Assembly (NCBI GenBank): GCA_040879145.1
Contig: JBBDKX010000036.1
Coordinates: 434 to 64,433, forward strand
DNA: 64,000 nt
From: Candidatus Spechtbacterales bacterium
GTDB lineage: Bacteria > Patescibacteriota > Minisyncoccia > Spechtbacterales > 2-12-FULL-38-22
Direction of reading: 5' to 3'
The notes under the pieces are model-generated. The model did not search any database and was not told where the DNA came from. It was given only the letters and a program-made list of their open reading frames with translations. A program made the position numbers and the translations under genes. This document shows, piece after piece, positions 26,862 to 35,136 of this stretch (its first letter is position 1; each line of letters starts with the position of its first letter).

Positions 26862-27197
26862 TCATAAATACTGTCCCATGCCTTCGTCTTCTTCCTGTTG
26901 TGAAGTTTGATTGCCGTGCTCACCCCGTTCTCTATAAAACATGCCTGCATACTGCTCCTGCGCGCGAGCTATCTCATTTTGAAGTAATATGCGGCCGGTT
27001 TGAAACCCGGTATTATACCCGGACTCATATCCGGCCTCATGTCCGTCAGTATGGCCTGCTTCGTAAGCGGATGAGTTTATAATTACCAAAACATCCTTTT
27101 CTGACACGCCCTGCTTTCTAAGCCGGTCAAAACGTTTAAAAATATCGTTTGCAAGAATCTTGTTAGGGTCGTTGTCGTCTGAGACAGAAGTATCCAT
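26862..27197 (-). CDS. hypothetical acidic protein (111 aa)
   Basis: Intact ORF. Confidence 0.45.
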   Translation of the reverse strand: MDTSVSDDNDPNKILANDIFKRFDRLRKQGVSEKDVLVIINSSAYEAGHTDGHEAGYESGYNTGFQTGRILLQNEIARAQEQYAGMFYRERGEHGNQTSQQEEDEGMGQYL

Positions 27198-27314
27198 ACA
27201 AAAACCTCCTTTTGTTAATCATGTGCTAAGTTTATAATTATATTTTTGAAGAGATTTGTCAATAAAAAAATAGGCCCACAACTTACTTTAAATAAGTTGC
27301 GGGCCTCTTGGTAC

Positions 27315-27590
27315 TCACAGATACCCACCTTGGCTGGACAGTTCTGCCTGCGGTGGCTCGCTGGCGGGTCTTTGTCGTTGTTGCATCTGCTGGATGGCAA
27401 GAGCCATGCCCTGCTCTCTGCCTGCCTGCATATTAACCTCAGCAACTTTCTGAAGGTTCACACCTATCAGAAAAGACTTTTCTGCGATACTCTTTTGAAT
27501 ATTGGCCTGGGACAGCCCTTCAGCGAGCAATGCTGGCCGAAGGGCTTCAGCTGTTTCCAGAAAAATCTCCAGAATAGGATTGTTCATCAT
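27315..27590 (-). CDS. hypothetical small protein (91 aa) with a strong RBS, GC-rich
   Basis: aaaggaggaaaatgATG. Confidence 0.5.
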   Translation of the reverse strand: MMNNPILEIFLETAEALRPALLAEGLSQANIQKSIAEKSFLIGVNLQKVAEVNMQAGREQGMALAIQQMQQRQRPASEPPQAELSSQGGYL

Positions 27591-27647
27591 TTTCCTCCTT
27601 TCTATGATAGAGCCCCGGGTTCCAAAGAACCCGGGGCCGGTTGGTGC

Positions 27648-27785
27648 TTAGGATTCCTTGTCCTTGGAATCCTGCTTCTTCTTGTCGGCCTTCTTGTCGG
27701 CGCGACGTCGCTTGTTGGTGGGGTTGGGCGGTCCGCAGACCGGCCCGTCGCACCCACAACGACCACCAATGACCTTTTGAGCCAT
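27648..27785 (-). CDS. 45-aa Cys-rich basic peptide (MAQKVIGGRCGCDGPVCGPPNPTNKRRRADKKADKKKQDSKDKES); not in the ORF track (under 60 aa)
   Basis: RBS aaaggaaagaaATG; followed by a perfect 11-bp GC hairpin (27612-27640). Confidence 0.35.
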   Translation of the reverse strand: MAQKVIGGRCGCDGPVCGPPNPTNKRRRADKKADKKKQDSKDKES

Positions 27786-27828
27786 TTCTTTCCTTTCTTG
27801 CTTCACTAAAAGAGCGAAGCGGGTCTTG

Positions 27829-28029
27829 TTACTTCACAGGAATATGACTTACGTCAAATCCCTGAAGCTCGCACTGTTCGGCCTGCCAGCCGGTGATATA
27901 AAAGCCCGAGTATTCCTCAGACTGCTCTATCCACCGGACACATTCCGCTTCCTCCGCCCTGTTGACCCCCATGTGCAGCACAAGCCACACAAGCAGAAAA
28001 AACAGGAAAAACAGAATTGCATTTCGCAC
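27829..28029 (-). CDS. small secreted or membrane protein (66 aa), GTG start
   Basis: ggaggtagcactGTG; N-terminal hydrophobic ILFFLFFLLVWLVL. Confidence 0.4.
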   Translation of the reverse strand: MRNAILFFLFFLLVWLVLHMGVNRAEEAECVRWIEQSEEYSGFYITGWQAEQCELQGFDVSHIPVK

Positions 28030-28165
28030 AGTGCTACCTCCTTCAAGGTACTAACTGACAACATTATATCATACTTTATATAATTTGTCCAGTATTTCTG
28101 GCAAGGACTGTCCTTGCCAGAAAATATATTTCAAAAGTTGTCCAGCACTACCATGAGTCATTAAT

Positions 28166-28184
28166 ACACCGGTCTGACCGGTGT
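28166..28184. promoter_or_regulatory. palindrome ACACCGGTC-N-GACCGGTGT, copy 1 of 3; flanked on both sides by the palindrome ctggcaaggactgtccttgccag
   Basis: Other copies at 28719-28737 and 29351-29369, all intergenic within the small-gene island. Confidence 0.5.
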
Positions 28185-28228
28185 CTGGCAAGGACTGTCC
28201 TTGCCAGACATGCATGCGAGTAAACAAT

Positions 28229-28268
28229 AAAAAGCCCCCGCACTATCCAGCTGGAGTGTGGGGGCGAA
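28229..28268 (-). terminator. rho-independent terminator for the 28278-28616 gene
   Basis: Reverse complement gcccccacactccagctggatagtgcgggggc + ttttt. Confidence 0.6.
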
Positions 28269-28277
28269 TCCCGGATA

Positions 28278-28616
28278 TTATTCCGGGATTATGTCTGACT
28301 TTTTGCAATGTTCTATAAACTTTCGTACAGATTCTTCATACTTTTCCCTGCTAAAATTCGGCATATCTTTCCTAAGATGATAGGGAATATTGCCCTCTAT
28401 AGAAGGTATAACTACCCCACCTCTTTCAAACCTTCTGCGCTCGTTTTGCGGCAAATCCAAAAAAATATCTATATCTTTTTCGGTGTAACCTGTAATTCTG
28501 TATTCCCGCTCAGCACTTTGTACAGGATACGAACGAGAGGGATTTCTTCTAAAAAATTTCCTCAAAATTCTGTGCGCGCACTTTCTCTCATCTCTTCTAA
28601 AAAGACTCATCCGCAA
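28278..28616 (-). CDS. hypothetical basic protein (112 aa)
   Basis: Intact ORF. Confidence 0.5.
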   Translation of the reverse strand: MRMSLFRRDERKCAHRILRKFFRRNPSRSYPVQSAEREYRITGYTEKDIDIFLDLPQNERRRFERGGVVIPSIEGNIPYHLRKDMPNFSREKYEESVRKFIEHCKKSDIIPE

Positions 28617-28685
28617 CTCCTTTATTTATGAACTGCCAATATCATAACAAAAAACCAATCTTAGTCAACCAAATTTTAATATTAA

Positions 28686-28712
28686 ATGGGAAAACCGGTT
28701 TTCCCATTTAAT
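28686..28712. terminator. palindromic hairpin aaatgggaaaaccggttttcccattta (second copy at 40478-40504)
   Basis: Perfect stem; T-rich flanks. Confidence 0.5.
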
Positions 28713-28718
28713 TTTAAA

Positions 28719-28737
28719 ACACCGGTCTGACCGGTGT
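28719..28737. promoter_or_regulatory. palindrome ACACCGGTCTGACCGGTGT, copy 2
   Basis: Identical to copies 1 and 3. Confidence 0.5.
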
Positions 28738-28789
28738 AAAAAAAGCCCCGCACGTTGAAGTTTGGGGCTTCTTGTGCGGGGCTAAAGAG

Positions 28790-29224
28790 CTATGTAAGTG
28801 CGATTTTGGATCCGTTTGAAAGTATCCAGAATACAAAATCGTTTTCTGGGATTCCAATCTTAGCTCCAACTTCGCGGAGTCGCTTGTGAATCTTTTCCGG
28901 AACAGTGCCGGTTTGTGATTCCACGCCCAGAATCGCATTTACAAGATTCGCAAAAAGGTTGAGGGACGCTGCCTCCTCCTGCGTCATACCTACTTCAAGA
29001 CGTTTACTGACCAGAGTCCGCTTCAGTTCCCAAGCGGGACCTTCTTCCGTCTGACGATGGCGCGCGCCCAATCTCTCAAGAGCGCCTCTGATCTTTCGCT
29101 CTGCAGATGCTAAATTGCCCTCCAGCGATTCCACTTTACAGGAGTAGGATTCATGCAAATTGTTCCTGTTGTCAAGAACGTGATGTAGGTGACCCCATTC
29201 CTCAACGGTGAGTTGAATTTTCAT
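28790..29224 (-). CDS. hypothetical protein (144 aa), GC-rich
   Basis: RBS gaaaggaaaaagaATG; a terminator hairpin at 28740-28788 follows. Confidence 0.5.
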   Translation of the reverse strand: MKIQLTVEEWGHLHHVLDNRNNLHESYSCKVESLEGNLASAERKIRGALERLGARHRQTEEGPAWELKRTLVSKRLEVGMTQEEAASLNLFANLVNAILGVESQTGTVPEKIHKRLREVGAKIGIPENDFVFWILSNGSKIALT

Positions 29225-29350
29225 TCTTTTTCCTTTCTTCGGGTTTTGCAAATACTGCGAAAAGTATATCACAGTTAAACTAAAAAATCAAGTTTCAGTT
29301 TTAATTCTCGGCAATTTTTATATTTGGATGCAATTCTAAAAATCATTAAT

Positions 29351-29369
29351 ACACCGGTCTGACCGGTGT
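29351..29369. promoter_or_regulatory. palindrome ACACCGGTCTGACCGGTGT, copy 3
   Basis: Identical to the other copies. Confidence 0.5.
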
Positions 29370-29431
29370 ATAGCAAGGTCGGTACTTAAAAAAGATCTGC
29401 CGAAGCAACTACATCTTTCTCAAATACTGCC

Positions 29432-29510
29432 CTGTGTAACTATTTTTAATTTTGCTAACTTCTTGCGGTGTGCCTTGTGCTACGACATACCCGCCCTCAT
29501 CACCTCCTTC
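29432..29510 (-). repeat. orphan duplicate of the last ~78 bp of uvrA (encodes ...[10 protein letters not shown])
   Basis: 78/79 identical to 29889-29967 (the true uvrA 3' end); flanks the GIY-YIG insert. Confidence 0.85.
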
Positions 29511-29575
29511 CCGATTTTGTTCAAATCTACGATTTGACCCAAAATCGTGGATCCTCGATTTCTCAACAACAGTTG

Positions 29576-29821
29576 CTATTTTTTATTGATAAGCCGCTCA
29601 ATGGCAGCTCGACTTTTCCATCCTTTGATTTGCTTCTCTCTCCTGCGCGCCTCGCTAAGCGTTTTATACTCTTCTAAATGCACTAATTCCCAAGGCTGAG
29701 CTGTCTTAGTGGATTTAACACAACCTTGATTATGTCGCTCTAAGCGACCCAATATATCATTACAAGACCCGATGTAATAAATACCTTTATTTAAAGATTT
29801 AATAATATAAATATAGTACAT
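29576..29821 (-). CDS. small stand-alone GIY-YIG nuclease-domain protein (YhbQ/UPF0213-like)
   Basis: [30 protein letters not shown]...KGWKSR. Confidence 0.75.
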   Translation of the reverse strand: MYYIYIIKSLNKGIYYIGSCNDILGRLERHNQGCVKSTKTAQPWELVHLEEYKTLSEARRREKQIKGWKSRAAIERLINKK

Positions 29822-29854
29822 AGATAGCAACTGTTGGAGAAATCGGGACAGGCC

Positions 29855-32689
29855 CTATTGATTTAGGACCTTTCGGAGGTATTGACCAGTGTAACTATTT
29901 TTAATTTTGCTAACTTCTTGCGGTGTGCCTTGCGCTACGACATACCCGCCCTCATCACCTCCTTCCGGTCCTAAATCAATCAAATGGTCGGCGTTTTTCA
30001 CAATATCCAGATTGTGCTCTATAACCAAAACTGAATTTCCTGTTGTAACAAGATCTTTAAGTACGCTTAAAAGTTTATTTACATCATCGGGATGCAGTCC
30101 TGTTGTGGGCTCGTCCAAAATATACAGAGTTTGTCCCGTTCCCCTGCGCGCAAGCTCTGTCGCAAGCTTTACCCTTTGCGCCTCCCCTCCGGAGAGCTGT
30201 GGCGCGGGCTGGCCTAAATGAATATACCCAAGTCCTACCTGAGCCAAAACATCCAGCTTGTTACGAACATAGGGTATGTTTTCAAAAAACTCGCGGGCTT
30301 CATCTACTGTCATCTCCAAAACATCGTGAATATCTTTTCCTTTGTATTTTATTTCCAAAACTTCTTTGTTATATCTTTTCCCTCCGCATGTTTCACACTC
30401 CACATAAATATCGCTCATAAAAAACATTTCTACCTTTGTTACTCCCCCACCCCTGCAACGCGAACACCTGCCACCTTTTACATTAAAGCTAAAACGACCA
30501 GGCTTATATCCACGTGCCCGCGATTCAGGAAGCCCCGCAAAAAGTTCACGAACCGGAGTAAACACATTTGTATAGGTTGCGGGATTACTGCGAGGCGTTC
30601 TGCCTATGGGCGACTGATCAATTACAATAGCTTTATCCAGATTATGCAAACCGATGATGCTTTTATGCTCGCCGGGCATGGTGTGCGCGCCGTGAAACTC
30701 TCGCCTTAATACTTTTGCCATAACATCATTTACAAGCGAACTCTTGCCCGAACCCGAAACACCTGTTATTGCAACAAGTTTGCCGAGCGGAATTTTCACA
30801 TCAATGTTTTTTAAATTATTGTGCCTTACTCCCTTAACGGTTAGATATTTTTGCGCATTACTTTTATTTTTTGGAATTTGAGCTTTGACATTTGACATTG
30901 GCATACGTTCGCCTACACGGCGTTTGCCATTCATATATTCCCCCGTCAGCGATTTAGATTTAAGGAGTTGATTATAAGTTCCCTCAAAAACAACCTCTCC
31001 CCCGTGTTTTCCCGCACCCGGACCAATATCTATAATATAGTCTGCTTCTTTTATGGTTAGCGTGTCGTGTTCTACGACCAAAACACTGCTACCCAAATCC
31101 CGCAACTCCTTCATGGTATCTATAAGGCGCTTTTGGTCCCGTGCGTGAAGACCGATTGAGGGTTCGTCCAAAATATACAAGACCCCGGCAAGATGTGAAC
31201 CCAGTTGTGTCGCAAGTTGAATGCGCTGCGCCTCTCCCCCGGACAAAGTTCCGGCCTGACGGGACAAAGTTAGGTAGTGCAACCCTACTCTACGCAAAAA
31301 ATTAAGCCTGTTGACTACCTCTTTAACTACCGGCTCCATTATCTTTTTTTCCGCGCTATTAAAATCTTTACTGTTAGGCAATTCAGAAAAAAAGACGTGC
31401 GCGTCATTAATGTGGTAGCTTACAACATCGTAAATGTTTTTACCTGCTATTTTTACAGACAGGGCTTCTTTTTTAAGACGCTTACCCTGACAAGCGGGAC
31501 AGTTGCGAATATTCATATATTTTTCTATCTCCGCGCGAGTGTGCTCACTCTCAGTCTCCTTGTGCCTGCGTTCCAAATTAGGTATTACGCCTTCCAGGTT
31601 TTCATCTCCGTAAAGTACAATATCCAAAGCTGACTTAGGCAAATCTTTTATCCTCACACTCATTGAAAAACCATACTTTTGACTCATCCTGTGGAGTATC
31701 GTCCAATACCATCCCTGGCGGCCAACCCTATGCGAAGCCATCATCCAAGGACGTATAGCTCCCTCATCCAGTGTTAAGTTTTTATTCGGCACAACAAGCT
31801 CAGGGTCAACTTCCATCTTTGTACCGAGGCCCGAACACTCGGGGCAAGCGCCGTAAGGACTATTAAATGAAAAAGTGCGCGGTTCTACCTCGCGCATGCT
31901 AAACCCGCACTTAGGACAAGCAAACTTTTCAGAAAAAACATGCTCGTCATACACAGGTTGAACCTGTGTATTTTTATGTAAAACTATTAGCTGTCCCTTT
32001 CCTATCTTTAAGGCCGTTTCTATGGAATCTAAAAGCCGTATTTTATCAAGCTCCTTTTCTATTTCCAACTTATCTACAACAACATCTATTGAGTGCTTTT
32101 TCTTAGGATCCAATTCTTTCCCCAATGCTTCTGCGAACGCCATGATAGTGCCGTCAACCCGCGCACGCACAAAACCCGCACTTCCAACCTCTTCTAAAAT
32201 TGCCTTATGCTCACCCTTCTTTCCTGAAACAAGAGGTGCTAAAATCACAACTTCGCCCTTCAGTTTTTTAACTGTTTCCGATATTTCCTGTGGACTGGAT
32301 GCCTCAATTAAAATATTACAATTAGGACAATACGGCTTTCCAATATGCGCAAACAAGAGCCGTAAATAATCGTATATTTCTGTTATCGTGCCCACCGTTG
32401 AACGTGGATTTTTGGAAACCGTCTTTTGGTCTATCGCGATTGCGGGAGAAATACCCTCAATGCTGTCCACTTCCGGCTTATCCATGACACCCAAAAACTG
32501 CCTGGCGTAACTTGAAAGTGATTCTACATAACGTCTTTGGCCTTCCGAATATATGGTGTCAAAAACAAGTGAGCTTTTACCTGAACCGCTTACACCCGTA
32601 AAAACCACAAGACTATTCTTGGGAACATCAATATCTATATTCTTTAAATTGTGGGTTTTAGCGCCCTTTATTTTTAGTTTATTGGTCAT
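29855..32689 (-). CDS. uvrA: excinuclease ABC subunit A
   Basis: Two ABC ATPase modules (GVSGSGKSSL twice); zinc fingers CPKCGFSMREVEPRTFSFNSPYGACPEC; 944 aa. Confidence 0.95.
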   Translation of the reverse strand: MTNKLKIKGAKTHNLKNIDIDVPKNSLVVFTGVSGSGKSSLVFDTIYSEGQRRYVESLSSYARQFLGVMDKPEVDSIEGISPAIAIDQKTVSKNPRSTVGTITEIYDYLRLLFAHIGKPYCPNCNILIEASSPQEISETVKKLKGEVVILAPLVSGKKGEHKAILEEVGSAGFVRARVDGTIMAFAEALGKELDPKKKHSIDVVVDKLEIEKELDKIRLLDSIETALKIGKGQLIVLHKNTQVQPVYDEHVFSEKFACPKCGFSMREVEPRTFSFNSPYGACPECSGLGTKMEVDPELVVPNKNLTLDEGAIRPWMMASHRVGRQGWYWTILHRMSQKYGFSMSVRIKDLPKSALDIVLYGDENLEGVIPNLERRHKETESEHTRAEIEKYMNIRNCPACQGKRLKKEALSVKIAGKNIYDVVSYHINDAHVFFSELPNSKDFNSAEKKIMEPVVKEVVNRLNFLRRVGLHYLTLSRQAGTLSGGEAQRIQLATQLGSHLAGVLYILDEPSIGLHARDQKRLIDTMKELRDLGSSVLVVEHDTLTIKEADYIIDIGPGAGKHGGEVVFEGTYNQLLKSKSLTGEYMNGKRRVGERMPMSNVKAQIPKNKSNAQKYLTVKGVRHNNLKNIDVKIPLGKLVAITGVSGSGKSSLVNDVMAKVLRREFHGAHTMPGEHKSIIGLHNLDKAIVIDQSPIGRTPRSNPATYTNVFTPVRELFAGLPESRARGYKPGRFSFNVKGGRCSRCRGGGVTKVEMFFMSDIYVECETCGGKRYNKEVLEIKYKGKDIHDVLEMTVDEAREFFENIPYVRNKLDVLAQVGLGYIHLGQPAPQLSGGEAQRVKLATELARRGTGQTLYILDEPTTGLHPDDVNKLLSVLKDLVTTGNSVLVIEHNLDIVKNADHLIDLGPEGGDEGGYVVAQGTPQEVSKIKNSYTGQYLRKVLNQ

Positions 32690-32849
32690 AAATTTATAGG
32701 AGTTAGGCTTTAGCTTTTTAGCTTCTTAGACGTTATTTTTGTTTTTCCTACAAAGCTAAGAACCTAACTCCTAAGACCTACTCACGAAGTAAGCATACCA
32801 TTATACAGTGTTGTCAATAGTTAATCAAGTAGTGTACAATATGTCCGCA

Positions 32850-34187
32850 ATGAACAAAAATGTATCGATAGAGAAGATAAAAGAACTCCCCCAAAAACCA
32901 GGCGTGTATTTTTTAAAAAATAAAAACGGGGATGTTTTTTACATTGGAAAAGCAATAAACATAAAAAGCAGGGTGCAAAACCATAAAAACAACAGTGACC
33001 TTTTTAAACCTGAAAAAATACATACTGTTGAGTGGGTGGAAACTGTAAACGAGATAGAAGCGCTCTTAAAAGAGTCTGAGTACATAAAAAAACTTAACCC
33101 AAAAATGAACATCCGCCTGCGAGATGATAAAAAATATTTTTATGTAGGAATTACCGGCGAAGATTTGCCGCGGATATTTATTACCCACCAACCACTCAAC
33201 AAGAAACAAGGTACAAGGATACAAGAAACAAACAAATCTCAAATTACAAATTCCAAACAAAAAGCTAAAAGCCAAAAGCTAAAAGCTATAACCTACTTAG
33301 GTCCCTATACTGACGGAGGGGCTTTAAAGTTGACCCTCAAATACCTAAGAAGGCTTTTTCCTTACTACACAACAAATCCAAAACGGCCTCTTTCCGCTAA
33401 AAAACATGGCAAGCTCCTCTGTTCTTACTGCCATCTCGGATTATGTCCGGGTCCGGAACCTAAAAAAAGCGAGTACCTAAAAAGTATCAAAGTAATGAAG
33501 CAAATCCTTAAGGGCAGAAAAAAGAGCGTAATAAGCGCCCTCAAAAAAGAGATGAAAGAAAACTCCAGACTGGAGAAATTTGAAAAAGCGGCCGAACTTC
33601 GCAATATTGCTCAATCCGTTGAAAATATCTTTTCTCACAACACAGTCCTGCCATGGAATGAAGAAGTCAGTAGCAAGCGAACAGATATGGGAACTGCCGA
33701 ATATCTTGCAAATCTTGTTGGATCAAAAAAACCAATACACTCCATTGAGGGTTACGACATATCAAATATTCAGGGAAAAGAACCCACAGCATCAATGGTG
33801 CGATTTCAAAACGGAAAGCCGGAAAAAAACTTATACAGAAAATTCAATATCAAATCTCCGGATGAACCCAACGACTACCTAATGATGCGCGAAGTTGTCA
33901 GGCGACGATTAAAAAACAACTGGCCCCTTCCGGACCTCATGCTTATTGACGGCGGTCGCGGACAATTAAATTCAGTTCTTGTTGAACTTCGCAGTGCAAA
34001 AGTTAACATACATGCGGTATCTCTTGCTAAGCGCGAGGAGGAGTTATACCTGCCCAAACAAGTAAAACCCATTCCCCTAAATACAATGCCCAGTGAAGTT
34101 GAAAACCTTTTGCGCTATGCCCGGGATGAAGCGCACAGATTTGCTGTAAGCCACCACCGCCAAAGACACAGAAAAAAATTCCAATAA
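32850..34187 (+). CDS. uvrC: excinuclease ABC subunit C, short form lacking the C-terminal (HhH)2 domain
   Basis: N-terminal GIY-YIG (PGVYFLKNKNGDVFYIGKA) and the endonuclease V-like region IEGYDISNIQG; ends ~150 aa short of a typical UvrC. Confidence 0.8.
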   Translation: MNKNVSIEKIKELPQKPGVYFLKNKNGDVFYIGKAINIKSRVQNHKNNSDLFKPEKIHTVEWVETVNEIEALLKESEYIKKLNPKMNIRLRDDKKYFYVGITGEDLPRIFITHQPLNKKQGTRIQETNKSQITNSKQKAKSQKLKAITYLGPYTDGGALKLTLKYLRRLFPYYTTNPKRPLSAKKHGKLLCSYCHLGLCPGPEPKKSEYLKSIKVMKQILKGRKKSVISALKKEMKENSRLEKFEKAAELRNIAQSVENIFSHNTVLPWNEEVSSKRTDMGTAEYLANLVGSKKPIHSIEGYDISNIQGKEPTASMVRFQNGKPEKNLYRKFNIKSPDEPNDYLMMREVVRRRLKNNWPLPDLMLIDGGRGQLNSVLVELRSAKVNIHAVSLAKREEELYLPKQVKPIPLNTMPSEVENLLRYARDEAHRFAVSHHRQRHRKKFQ

Positions 34188-34255
34188 TCTTGCGTAGGGC
34201 ATTGTTTTGTTTGGATTTTTTTGATATCCTAAACTTATAACTTTTAAATTTAATT

Positions 34256-34615
34256 ATGTTGTTTACTTCAGTGCTAAAAATAGTTGTTAACGCGTTTGCC
34301 ATATACTTGGCATCTTTGCTTTTAGACGGCGTACAACTAAATATACCGAACGAATCACAGTGGCAGTATTACGCTATCTTCGCTTTAATTGGTTTTGTAA
34401 TATGGTTTGGCAATACAGTAATAAAGCCGGTTCTTAAAGTATTGACTTTTCCGCTCATTCTTGTAACATTCGGTTTGTTCAATGTTGTGCTTAACATGCT
34501 TATTTTGTGGGGTGCAGACCTACTGCTTCCTCAATTAGAAATAACAGGATTTCTAACTCTGTTGTGGGCATCATTAATAGTTTCATTTATTAACGGCTTA
34601 CTATTTTTTATATAG
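34256..34615 (+). CDS. DUF360 / phage-holin-4-like small membrane protein
   Basis: 4 TM helices; GtrA/YvlD-like topology. Confidence 0.55.
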   Translation: MLFTSVLKIVVNAFAIYLASLLLDGVQLNIPNESQWQYYAIFALIGFVIWFGNTVIKPVLKVLTFPLILVTFGLFNVVLNMLILWGADLLLPQLEITGFLTLLWASLIVSFINGLLFFI

Positions 34616-34730
34616 CTCGCTTCGCCTGCCTGTGCGTGAACGCACGCAGACAGGCTCGCAGGTATCAGGTTTTAGGTTTTAGGTATTAGACTAATATCTA
34701 ATACTTAGTGCTTAAAACCTATTTGTGAAC
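34615..34730 (+). repeat. intergenic repeat family R2 copy (gctcgcttcgc + GC hairpin cctgcctgtgcgtgaacgcacgcagacagg + AT-rich aggtatYaggttttag hairpin)
   Basis: Homologous copies at 36988-37100 (+), 42132-42275 (-), 55128-55262 (-) and 58796-58913 (-). Confidence 0.65.
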
Positions 34731-34740
34731 GAAGTTAACT

Positions 34741-34825
34741 CCGACGCTATCAAAATCTTTGATTTTGTTATAGCGTCGAGGATCCACGATACCGCAAGCG
34801 AATCAAAGATTCGGGTGGTATCGGG
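34741..34825 (+). promoter_or_regulatory. double-hairpin leader element (E3) immediately 5' of secG
   Basis: GACGCTAT[CAAAATCtttGATTTTG]ttATAGCGTC and CGATACCGCaag[CGAATCaaaGATTCG]ggtGGTATCG; about 97% identical to 37108-37195. Confidence 0.6.
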
Positions 34826-34833
34826 GCAAATAC

Positions 34834-35061
34834 ATGGATTTAAAAAACATTCTTCTAATTGCGCAGGTAATAATATCTATCGCGCTAATGACAACAATAC
34901 TACTCCAAAGAAGAGGCGCAAGCCTTGGGGCTACCTTTGGAGGTGGCGGCGGAGGAGGATACTACCAAAAAAGAGGGGCAGAAAAACTGCTTTTTAATGC
35001 GAGTATCGTGCTTTCTATGCTATTTATAGGAATAGCTTTTGTAATACTTGTGATCTCATAG
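34834..35061 (+). CDS. secG: preprotein translocase subunit SecG
   Basis: 75 aa, two TM helices and a Gly-rich loop (GATFGGGGGGGYY), as in SecG. Confidence 0.75.
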   Translation: MDLKNILLIAQVIISIALMTTILLQRRGASLGATFGGGGGGGYYQKRGAEKLLFNASIVLSMLFIGIAFVILVIS

Positions 35062-35136
35062 TTTGCTACGTTCATATAACATAGGTCGTATAACGTATAA
35101 CATCGCGCTTGCTTCGCGAGCACCTAAAAATGTTCT

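Noticed and set aside
33240-33290. An R2-like word (aaagctaaaagccaaaagctaaaagctata) inside uvrC
   Set aside because: It is in-frame coding sequence (KQKAKSQKLKAI), a low-complexity linker rather than an intergenic element copy.
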